Shown here: positions 32,593-43,308 of the stretch, piece after piece
Layout of the letters: the number at the start of each line of letters is the position of its first letter
Position numbering within the stretch: position 1 is the first letter of the stretch
The notes under the pieces: generated by a model
Told to the model about the DNA's origin: nothing
Databases searched by the model: none
Seen by the model: the letters and a program-made list of their open reading frames with translations, nothing else
Position numbers and translations under genes: made by a program
NCBI GenBank assembly: GCA_964035575.1
Contig: OZ037846.1
Location: forward strand, 1 to 64,000
DNA from: Rhynchopus sp. YZ270_cl-10
Lineage: Eukaryota
Direction of reading: 5' to 3'
DNA length: 64,000 bases

Positions 32593-35030
32593 TTTTTTCA
32601 GTTGGTGTTGTTGTTGTTTTTTTCTCTCAAGTTGAAAAACGTCCTGGTGATGGATTGTTAGGGCATAGGGGAGGGAGGGAAAGAGACGGGAGATGCGGGA
32701 CATTAGGAATCTGTATCAAGCTGTATCACAGCCGCTCTGCTGTTCTTTGTGGTTGTTGTGTATCAAAATCGCCACACCCCTAGCGAGAATGAAGAAAAAA
32801 CAAGTAAAGGAGGGGGTGAGATAATTGTAGTGGGGGATAACTGTAGAATGGCGGATAAAATAAAAAATATCGCCAGTTTTTTCTTCTCAAAAAAATGGGG
32901 GATAGTTGTAGTGGGGGATAAAAAATATATAAAAATATATCTCTTTTTTCCCATCTGAATATCCCCATCCCCAAGGAAAATCCACACCAAAAACGCGGTG
33001 TGGGAAATGGGGGATAACTGTAGTGGGGGATAAAAAAAACTAAAATGGGGGGAGAAAAAACGGGGGATAATTGTTTTATCCCCCACCCAGGGTGCGTAAT
33101 AAGGGAGGTGGCCTGGGGTCTGGGGTCTGGGCTTTTGGGTTTTGGGGGGTTTTTATGGTAATTCTTGTCATTGACCCTTGTATTGGGTACGGGTTCATAT
33201 TTTGTGAAAATTTTAGTCATTAAAATTTTGTCCATTTTTTTGTATATCCCCCACCACAGAACGGGCAGATTTTGGAAATGCAAATGCAGGTGTTTTTGGG
33301 CATTTTCATGTTTTCAGCATCAGGGTGAGAAAATCTGGGTTGTGATATTTACCTGTGTGCTCATGAGGCAGAACAGAGGCTTTTTCACAGCCCACGCCTG
33401 GTTCGCGTGCGCGCTTCGCGCGCCCGCTCACTGTATCAAAGGGTGAACCGCTGGTGTGGTTTTTCAATGCAATTTCCTGTGCTGGGAACCATGTCACCAG
33501 TGTCAATGTTTTACAAGGCAAAAATGACCAAAAAAGCTGATCTTTGGCCGAATGCCAAGTGTCACTAACATGAGCCTGCCATGGGTAATGACGCTACGCC
33601 TCGTGTTGCCAAGAATTACCAGATTATTTCATTGCGCTTTCAAAAAGCGCGCAAAACTACGAAAAAGAAAGCTGGAGGAATGCGCCGCATTGCTGTGTGT
33701 GCATCCTCAGATAAAGAAACATGAATGCGAATTCGCTGTGCCGTAGCCGTGTAAGAAAGAAATGAAGATATCCGAAAGATGGCTTTCGAGCAAAAACGAC
33801 TGCAGACAAGATCGGGTATAAAAAAACAAAAGAAAAAATTTAGACATGCAATGCGCTTCGGTGACACACACGTCTACTGTAGAATAACCAAAGCAAAGCT
33901 AAAAGGCAAATCTCTTCTCCGCGGAGCTCAAAGACAGTCTTGAATACGTCGTCGTAAATATGTTCGACCGTAAAAAAGGTCGAACTTCCAGGAAAATCCT
34001 GAAAAGGTCGAACATTAGTACGGTCGATAATTTGTACGAATACGGTAGATGAAAAGACACCACGGAAAACAGAAAAAACAAAAACACAAATTCATACACT
34101 TTCAAATAAAAATTTGAAAGCAAAAGCAGAAAACAGCAAACCTATATGTCATGACGTTAGTAACACATTACTTGAAACCTTAACACGTTAACGCCATGAC
34201 ACATATTGTTTGAGCAAAATTGGGGAATTAAAATACGTGCCGTGAGCACTTTACAAGGGAACACCTTGATCCTTCTCCAGGTCACAAAGTGAGTGATCAG
34301 GAATAGGATCAGGGAGGGAGAGGTTGGGTGGGGTAGGGAACCCGGCTGGTGGGTTTTCCGGATCCCGTAATCTGTGTGTGGCTTCGCAATATCGTTAAAA
34401 TAAAAGCAAAGTGAAAATGAACGCACTTCGAATGCTCTACTGGACAGGATGCCCTACGAACAAAAAACATAATAACAAAAATTATAAGATGCTACGAAGC
34501 TCTCGTGCTAAGCTATCTGTATATAAAAAACCACACAGTGACACTATAACCAAAATATACTATAAAAAAGCTACAAAAAAGATTGGGTCTTTTGTTTGTG
34601 GCGAAACAAAAAAGTGGAAAAGGTGTGAAACTGCATTTAACGTTGTGTGTGAATCAAGGTGAAGCAAACAGTCAATTCTAAAGCATGATTTTTGTTTTTT
34701 CCGTTTTGTTTGCCCAAAAGCGCTGCCTCCAATCTTTTTAGTAATGACAAACTAAAAGATGTTGTTGTGTAAAACAAAATCGCACGAAAAGGTTACATGA
34801 AACAACCAAATTACATCGAGAAAAGAAAAGAAAAAAAAGGAACGCGTGAACAATGAATGTGCATCTCTTCTCCATCTCTCTCATGCACACACATCTAAAA
34901 ACACCTAAAGCACGAACATGCAGATGCAATAAACTAAAGGGTGGGGATGTAAAATGGATACTTCTTTGAAGCAATAAAACGTTTAAACAACACGGCTTTT
35001 CACAAAAAAAAAAACACCACCTTTGTCAGT

Positions 35031-35795
35031 TCAGTCCTCCTTCGTCTTCGACATGCTGAGTACCCCACGAACACTGAACCCCACCACGGAGTAACCGTCG
35101 CCTCCACAGGGCTCACCACCGGTCTCTCTATCTTTACCAGCAGGGCACCAATATTCAAAACAGCTTTCGTCGTCCTTTCGGTTCGATGGCGGGTAGTTCC
35201 CGCAGTCGCAGTGGATGCCTTTGTGGACGCCCGCGTACACATAACCCTTGGCTAGGCAGGTGGACACGCAAAAGTCGTTCGAGTCGCCACTCAAGATCTC
35301 GTGTGAGTAGTGCTCAAGCCGGCCAGAATAGCACCCCGTAAAACTCGGAGGGATGCACGCTTGACCGGCCGTCCAGGGCAGTCCATGGCTCGAAGACCCG
35401 ACTGAGAGCATCCCGTCGTCGTGCATAGTAAGGTAGTTGGACACGCCATCCGTGTTCGGGTACGTACCTGAGTCCCACTTCGCCACACCACCCTTCTCGT
35501 AGACAACGAAGTTGCCGTCCGTCTGCATCACCGCCGCGTCCACGTCTGCGCTGTTCTGTGCCACAGTGTCAGATGACCAGATCACCTTCACCTCACCGTC
35601 GTAGTCGTGTTTATAGAACACAAGGTTCCCGTCCGTCTGGAACGTCAGCCACAACTTCCGGCCAGTGCACTTGCTTGTCGTCGTGATTGTCGCACCAGGG
35701 ATCAGCCGTTCGCCAGCCTTCAAGTACTTATCATAAGCGTCAGCCACATCAAAACCCACAAGGAGCAACGGAGCTAACAGCTGAAACACACGCAT
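35031..35795 (-). CDS. B-lectin + WSC protein, copy 3
   Basis: Same architecture; ATG at 35795. Confidence 0.92.
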   Translation of the reverse strand: MRVFQLLAPLLLVGFDVADAYDKYLKAGERLIPGATITTTSKCTGRKLWLTFQTDGNLVFYKHDYDGEVKVIWSSDTVAQNSADVDAAVMQTDGNFVVYEKGGVAKWDSGTYPNTDGVSNYLTMHDDGMLSVGSSSHGLPWTAGQACIPPSFTGCYSGRLEHYSHEILSGDSNDFCVSTCLAKGYVYAGVHKGIHCDCGNYPPSNRKDDESCFEYWCPAGKDRETGGEPCGGDGYSVVGFSVRGVLSMSKTKED

Positions 35796-36145
35796 TTTTT
35801 TCAGTTGGTGTTGTTGTTGTTTTTTTCTCTCAAGTTGAAAAACGTCCTGGTGATGGATTGTTAGGGCATAGGGGAGGGAGGGAAAGAGACGGGAGATGCG
35901 GGACATTAGGAATCTGTATCAAGCTGTATCACAGCCGCTCTGCTGTTCTTTGTGGTCGTTGTGTATCAAAATCACCACACCCCTAGCGAGAATGAAGAAA
36001 AAACAAGTAAAGGGGGGGCCCTTTAAGGGGGGGGTGAGATAATTGTAGTGGGGGATAACTGTAGAATGGCGGATAAAATAAAAAATATCGCCAGTTTTTT
36101 CTTCTCAAAAAATGGGGGATAGTTGTAGTGGGGGATAAAAAATAT

Positions 36146-37081
36146 CAGTCCTATTCGTGGTCATTTACCCCCCCCCCCCCCCTTTGGGTCGGTGAACCGG
36201 AAATTTTGGAAATAAGGGGGTAAAATAAGGGGGGGGGGTAAATGAGGGGGTAAGGGGGGGGGGTAAATTACCATGTTATGGGTTAGGTCATGTTTTTGGG
36301 TGGGAAGGGGGGACTTTTTCATACACGGTGGGGTAAAATTTTGCACAACACAGTGTGACGACACATGCTCTCATGACAAATGTGTCATCTGAAAAAAATT
36401 CCTCACTTCCTTGCGACATCGCAAGCAGTCATGCATCATGGATCCACATCATCCACATCATCTTTCTGCCCGTGCCTGAACCATGACTGGTCAGGGATCA
36501 CGGTGTTGCCTCAGATTCCGTGAGGTGTCCCAAACGTATCGCCCACGCAGCACAAACGTACCCACCTGCACCCATCTACCTGCACACGTGATGTAAAACA
36601 GGGTGAAAGATTATTTGCACTTTACCCCTTTCCTCATTTCGAGCTTGTCTCCAGCTTCAAATCAGACGAGTCCTACAGTCTCCGGATGTACGACCCGCTG
36701 AACACATCAGCCCCTCCCAGCAAACCATAAAACAAAACAGGTATGCGCTGCACTAAGTGAAACTATTACCCCATAATTACACGCCAGGTGGTGTTTTGCC
36801 ACTCGTTCCCTGAACCCCCTCGCTTCGCTCGTGGGTTTAGGTCACTCGTGACAAAACACCACCTGGCGTGTTGCGGCGATAATTACCCAAAAATTACCTG
36901 GTGGCTGGTACTTTACCCCCCCAGGGGGGTAAAGTACCAGCCACAACAGGGTATTATAAGGGGGGGGGGTAAATTACCATGTTATTTTGGCCTGAACCGT
37001 TTTTTTCTGAAAAAGGGGGTAAAATAAGGGGGGGGGGGGTAAATTTAGGGGGGGGGGGGTAAATGACCACGAATAGGACTG
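36146..37081. mobile_element. MITE with ~33-bp TIRs (CAGTCCTATTCGTGGTCATTTACCCC...), apparent 2-bp AT duplication
   Basis: Absent from units 1 and 2 (empty site aaaaatatataaaaa); contains a palindrome at ~36760-36890 related to 27660-27815. Confidence 0.88.
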
Positions 37082-37407
37082 ATATAAAAATATATCTCTT
37101 TTTTCCCACCTGAATATCCCCATCCCCAAGGAAAATCCACACCAAAAACGCGGTGTGGGAAATGGGGGATAACTGTAGTGGGGGATAAAAAAAACTAAAA
37201 TGGGGGGAGAAAAAACGGGGGATAATTGTTTTATCCCCCACCCAGGGTGCGTAATAAGGGAGGTGGCCTGGGGTCTGGGGTCTGGGCTTTTGGGTTTTGG
37301 GGGGTTTTTATGGTAATTCTTGTCATTGACCCTTGTATTGGGTACGGGTTCATATTTTGTGAAAATTTTAGTCATTAAAATTTTGTCCATTTTTTTGTAT
37401 ATCCCCC

Positions 37408-38042
37408 CAGAGTTTTTTTTTAGGGGGGGTGAGGGGGGGTTTCACCCCCTCTCACGATTTTTTTTGAGTTTTTAGGGGGGGTGAGAATGCTTGTGAACTG
37501 GGTGATTCGAGGAGCAAGCTTGATGTCGGGTGCCGAGGGCGGAGTTAGAGGGTGGGCGTGTTTTCCAAAGACTATAAAATACAAGTGTTTCTAGCATTTG
37601 ACGGACGGAGCTCGCAGAACCCAACGGGGAATGAGAAAAAGGATATGGCGAAATAATAAAAGTAGCGTACCGTGCGCCTGCGGCGCAAGCTAGCATCCCA
37701 CTCTTCCCATGACGTGGTACTCGTCGCGGACCTCAAAAAAGTGCATGATATCAAAATTTTCCGCCTGCGGCGGGCAGCCCTTGGCCCATTTCGCCCTTTT
37801 CTTGTTTCGTATATTATCCTCTATGTTTTCACTGGCCCCTTTACCTTACACCCATTTTGACCAAAACCAAGAACTTGCCCATTTCGTCAAATTGATCCCA
37901 CCACAGCGCAGACGGATTCCAAAGCCCCCACAAACTAGCTTCTCCAGGGTCTTCGCGCGCGAAGCGCGCGAAATTTTTTTTTGACCAAAAAACATCTCAC
38001 CCCCCCTAAGCTCAAAAAAACCGGTCCCTAAAAAAACCTCTG
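37408..38042. mobile_element. hAT-like MITE, 8-bp TSD TATCCCCC
   Basis: Ends CAGAGTTTTTTTTTAGGG / CCCTAAAAAAACCTCTG; TSD at 37400-37407 and 38043-38050; empty site in other units. Confidence 0.9.
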
Positions 38043-39384
38043 TATCCCCCACCACAGAACGGGCGGATTCCGGAAATGCAAATGCAGGTGTTTTTGGGCA
38101 TTTTCATGTTTTCAGCATCAGGGTGAGAAAATCTGGGTTGTGATATTTACCTGTGTGCTCATGAGGCAGAACAGAGGCTTTTTCACAGCCCACGCCTGGT
38201 TCGCGTGCGCGCTTCGCGCGCCCGCTCACTGTATCAAAGGGTGAACCGCTGGTGTGGTTTTTCAATGCAATTTCCTGTGCTGGGAACCATGTCACCAGTG
38301 TCAATGTTTTACAAGGCAAAAATGACCAAAAAAGCTGATCTTTGGCCGAATGCCAAGTGTCACTAACATGAGCCTGCCATGGGTAATGACGCTACGCCTC
38401 GTGTTGCCAAGAATTACCAGATTATTTCATTGCGCTTTCAAAAAGCGCGCAAAACTACGAAAAAGAAAGCTGGAGGAATGCGCCGCATTGCTGTGTGTGC
38501 ATCCTCAGATAAAGAAACATGAATGCGAATTCGCTGTGCCGTAGCCGTGTAAGAAAGAAATGAAGATATCCGAAAGATGGCTTTCGAGCAAAAACGACTG
38601 CAGACAAGATCGGGTAAAAAAACAAAAAAAAAAATTTAGACATGCAATGCGCTTCGGTGACACACACGTCTACTGTAGAATAACCAAATCAAAGCTAAAA
38701 GGCAAATCTCTTCTCCGCGGAGCTCAAAGACAGTCTTGAATACGTCGTCGTAAATATGTTCGACCGTAAAAAAGGTCGAACTTCCAGGAAAATCCTGAAA
38801 AGGTCGAACATTAGTACGGTCGATAATTTGTACGAATACGGTAGATGAAAAGACACCACGGAAAACAGAAAAAACAAAAACACAAATTCATACACTTTCA
38901 AATAAAAATTTGAAAGCAAAAGCAGAAAACAGCAAACCTATATGTCATGACGTTAGTAACACATTACTTGAAACCTTAACACGTTATTAGGGGAACGCCA
39001 TGACACATATTGTTTGAGCAAAATTGGGGAATTAAAATACGTGCCGTGAGCACTTTACAAGGGAACACCTTGATCCTTCTCCAGGTCACAAAGTGAGTGA
39101 TCAGGAATAGGATCAGGGAGGGAGAGGTTGGGTGGGGTAGGGAACCCGGCTGGTGGGTTTTCCGGATCCCGTAATCTGTGGGGGAAGGTGGCTTCGCAAT
39201 ATCGTTAAAATAAAAGCAAAGTGAAAATGAACGCACTTCGAATGCTCTACTGGACAGGATGCCCTACGAACAAAAAACATAATAACTATAATTATAAGAT
39301 GCTACGAAGCTCTCGTGCTAAGCTATCTGTATATAAAAAACCACACAGTGACACTATAACCAAAATATACTATAAAAAATGCTA

Positions 39385-39702
39385 CTGTAAAATCGTTTAA
39401 TTTGTCACAATTTAATTAACTGATTTGAAATATCAGTCATAAATAAACTTTGTCACACCCTAATAATATGTGTCACATTAAATGATGATTTAATTTATGT
39501 TTATGGTTATTTTGTGTCTACTTTTTAAAGTACAGCCTTGAGTGATACTTTATGTATTAGCACTGCAACCAGTAGGGACGGAAGCGGCCGCGGCCGCTCA
39601 CATACGAAGCCTTCCTGATATCAGCCAGTGCCAGCGGGAAAGTGTTGCTTCCTGTGACATTCTGTCACATTATTGTAGGTGACAAATTAAACGATTTTAC
39701 AG
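39385..39702. mobile_element. Tc1/mariner-like MITE, TA TSD, 24-bp perfect TIR
   Basis: TA|ctgtaaaatcgtttaatttgtcac ... gtgacaaattaaacgattttacag|TA; empty site gctacaaaaaag in other units. Confidence 0.92.
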
Positions 39703-40168
39703 TACAAAAAAGATTGGGTCTTTTGTTTGTGACGAAACAAAAAAGTGGAAAAGGTGTGAAACTGCATTTAACGTTGTGTGTGAATCAAGGTGAAGCAAAC
39801 AGTCAATTCTAAAGCATGATTTTTGTTTTTTCCGTTTTGTTTGCCCAAAAGCGCTGCCTCCAATCTTTTTAGTAATGACAAACTAAAAGATGTTGTTGTG
39901 TAAAACAAAATCGCACGAAAAGGTTACATGAAACAACCAAATTACATCGAGAAAAGAAAAGAAAAAAAGCAACGCGTGAACAATGAATGTGCATCTCTTC
40001 TCCATCTCTCTCATGCGGCAGCACACACATCTAAAAACACCTTGAAAGCACGAACATGCAGATGCAATAAACTAAAGGGTGGGGATGTAAAATGGATACT
40101 TCTTTGAAGCAATAAAACGTTTAAACAACACGGCTTTTCACAAAAAAAAACCCCCCACCTTTGTCAAT

Positions 40169-40924
40169 TCAGTCCTCCTTCGTCTTCGACGTGCTGAGCG
40201 CCAGCCCACTAACGAAGGTCCCCACCGAGGAGAAATCATCCCCTCCACAGGGGTTACCGGTCTCTCTATCAGGGCAAAAAAAATCGAAACAGCTTTCATC
40301 GGAGTCTCGGTTCGATATCGGGTAGTTCCCGCAGTCGCAGTGGGTGCCTGCGTGGAGGCCCGCGTACACATAGCCCTTGGCTACGCAGGTGGACAGGCAT
40401 ACGTCGTTCCTGTCGCCACTCACGATGTCGTGTGAGTAGTGCTCAAGCCGGCCATAATAGCACCCCGGAAAACTCGGAATGTAGCACGCTCGACCGGCCG
40501 TCCACTTCTTGGGGTGGCTCGAAGACCCGACTGAGAGCGTCCCGTCGTCGTGCATAGTAAGGTAGTTGGACTCGCCATCCGTGTTCGGGTACGTCCCTGA
40601 GGCCCACTGCGCCACACCACCCTTCTTGTAGACAACGAAGTTGCCGTCCGTCTGCATCACCGCCGCGTCCACGTCGTAGCTGTAGTGTATGTAGGTGTTA
40701 GAGGACCAGATCACCTCCACCTCACCGTCGTAGTTGTATTTATAGAACACAAGGTCCCCGTCCGTCTGGAACGTCAGCCACAACTTCCGGCCAGTGCACG
40801 GGCTTGTCGTCGTGATTGTCTCGCCAGGGCTCAGCCGTTCGCCAGCCATCAAGTACTTATCATCAGCGTCAGCCACATCAAAACCCACAAGGAGCAACGG
40901 AGCTAACAGCTGAAACACACGCAT
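40169..40924 (-). CDS. B-lectin + WSC protein, copy 4
   Basis: Same architecture; first sugar site altered to QTDGDLVFY. Confidence 0.92.
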   Translation of the reverse strand: MRVFQLLAPLLLVGFDVADADDKYLMAGERLSPGETITTTSPCTGRKLWLTFQTDGDLVFYKYNYDGEVEVIWSSNTYIHYSYDVDAAVMQTDGNFVVYKKGGVAQWASGTYPNTDGESNYLTMHDDGTLSVGSSSHPKKWTAGRACYIPSFPGCYYGRLEHYSHDIVSGDRNDVCLSTCVAKGYVYAGLHAGTHCDCGNYPISNRDSDESCFDFFCPDRETGNPCGGDDFSSVGTFVSGLALSTSKTKED

Positions 40925-42287
40925 TTTTTTCAGTTGGTGTTGTTGTTGTTTTTTTCTCTCAAGTTGAAAAACGTCCTGGTGATGGATTGTTAGGGCACAG
41001 GGGAGGGAGGGAAAGAGACGGGAGATGCGGGACATTAGGAATCTGTATCAAGCTGTATCACAGCCGCTCTGCTGTTCTTTGTGGTTGTTGTGTATCAAAA
41101 TCACCACACCCCTAGCGAGAATGAAGAAAAAACAAGTAATTGCTATCAGAAAAAAAAAACGGGGTGTGCTGTGGAACTCCACCCTGTAGAAATAATCTAC
41201 AACAGGCCCAGCATTCTGCTCTTCTACGGGTATGCTAAAACGCTCTTCGTACGTTGCCGCGCCTGCATCTGACACGTTCAAGAAGTGGCTGTCCTCTTCG
41301 TCCAGCACCATCCGCTCGATATTGGACGTATTACGAATTAATACGTATTTTGCCACGTATTTTAGATCACTGCCCTAGACATACACCCGATGCGAGTCGC
41401 ATTATTGCATTATCGCACAATTCTGGTCTGACGAAAAATTATCGCACAATTATCGCTCAGTACACCTCGGCCTTGTTTCCCCAAAAATTGAAACCGCACC
41501 CTACTTTTCCTTTTTATGTTTTTCCCCCACCCCCGAACACAATAAAGCAATAAAAACAATAAAGACAAAAGGTGGTGAAACGCACACCTCGACCTGTCGG
41601 TGAAATGTGGCTCTACTCCAACCCGCCCCGGATTAGAAAAATGGAAAAAAGGATGGGAGGGTACGGTGTTCAATTTCCTTTTAGCATTGCAGGTAATCAG
41701 AACAATAAAACAATAAAACAATGATGATATAAAATTTAATAAGCACAACGAGAAGAAAGAAAGTGAAGTTATTAATGCAGGCACCTCCGACTGACCCACG
41801 TACGATGCCAGCCATCCGGATAAAAGCACAAAAATGTACATGGACGTCCTTACAGGCAGCACACCGTAACCCAAAGGCGTGGCAGAGAGACCCCGCAGAG
41901 CGACTCTGGCCTGATCGCTGGCCATTTATGCTCAGGGTGCGAGCACCCATCATAGCATAGGGGGGCCAGCCTGACCCAGCATTTATATACCCTGCCAGGG
42001 TGAACTTGCATAAAAGAGGGCAGGGGCGTTTAGACCCTGAGGACTAGGGGAAGTCCCGCATACCCCAACAGAAAGACAAAGGCTGTGCACTGGTGATATA
42101 GGAGAGGCAGGGTTGCTGAAAAACAAAAAGACCCTGAAGGCACAAAAACGCCCCGCATACCCCTCCTCGCCTCCTGTTTTGTAATCTCTCAGGTAGGAGA
42201 CATCGGTTCGAGCGGTCAACACCTTCATAGAGTTTCTGGAGGAACGGACCCCCGGATGCAATTTGAGGTCCAGCACAGGACCAAAGA

Positions 42288-42995
42288 AAAAAACACTTCG
42301 TTTGTACTGAGAATACCGAATCAAAGAAACGGTGCTTTATGCTGGTGCGAAAAAAAAAATGGACCACAAGGGACACCTGAGAACACCACTACGGTGGCAA
42401 AAAGGACACAAGCGGATTCTGATCTGTGAGATTTTTTTTTGGTTCCCCTTAGATGCAAAGTCTGCCCAAGAAAGATCATGATGATGACACAATGAGAAAA
42501 AGAAAATTGAAACCGCACTCCTGCTGTTCCTTTTTCTTTCCCGCAAACAATATAACAATAAAGACAAGGTAGTTCAACGCACACACTGATGGTGATAAAA
42601 AGCACAACGAAAAAAAAAAACGCTTCGTTTGTACTGAGAATACCGAATCAAAGAAACGGTGATTTATGCTGGTGCGAGAAAAAAAAATGGACCACAAGGG
42701 ACACCTGAGAACACCACTACGGTGGCAAAAAGGACACAAGCGGATTCTGATCTGTGAGATTTTTTTTTTTGGTTCCCCTTAGATGCAAAGTCTGCCCAAG
42801 AAAGATCATGATGATGATGACACAATGAGAAAAAGAAAATTGAAACCGCACTCCTACTGTTCCTTTTTCTTTCCCGCAAACAATATAACAATAAAGACAA
42901 AAGGTAGTTCAACGCACACACTGATGGTGATAAAAAGCACAACGGAAAAAAAAAACGCTTCGTTTGTACTGAGAATACCGAATCAAAGAAACGGC
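42288..42995. repeat. ~325-bp tandem repeat, about 2.1 copies
   Basis: cttcgtttgtactgagaataccgaatcaaagaaacgg recurs at ~42296, ~42623 and ~42958; a diverged partial copy lies at ~41487-41590. Confidence 0.9.
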
Positions 42996-43308
42996 GGGTT
43001 TTGGGTTGTGAAGAGTACGACCAAAAGTTTTAAAATGAAAGAAGCAGTAGAGCGAGTTGCTTATACGCGATATATGCTCACACGATTTTTGCATTATGCA
43101 CACATGAGAATTTGACACAAAATAACAAGAGCGACACATTGTTCTCCCATCACTATAGTATACGCATTTGGTAGGCCCCCCCCCTCAGCATCAGTGCCGC
43201 AGGAGGTCGTCGATCTTCTCTATTGACTCGATTGACCTCATCGCCTCAGTGAGGTCGCGCAAGAGATTCAGTGCGCTTTTTTTACAAATGTGTTTATCTG
43301 GGTGGAGG

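Larger units (their letters stand above)
25758..41139. repeat. Tandem array of ~3.2-kb units carrying the lectin genes
   Basis: Near-identical intergenic sequence between units, each with a GGGGGATAA-rich segment, an ATT-family fragment (~30150-30370) and a degenerate 100-bp MITE. Confidence 0.93.

Noticed and set aside
28674..40924. Diversity-generating retroelement acting on the lectin genes
   Set aside because: Variation includes indels and does not look adenine-restricted; no template repeat was seen; the nearby RT is DIRS-type with RNase H.
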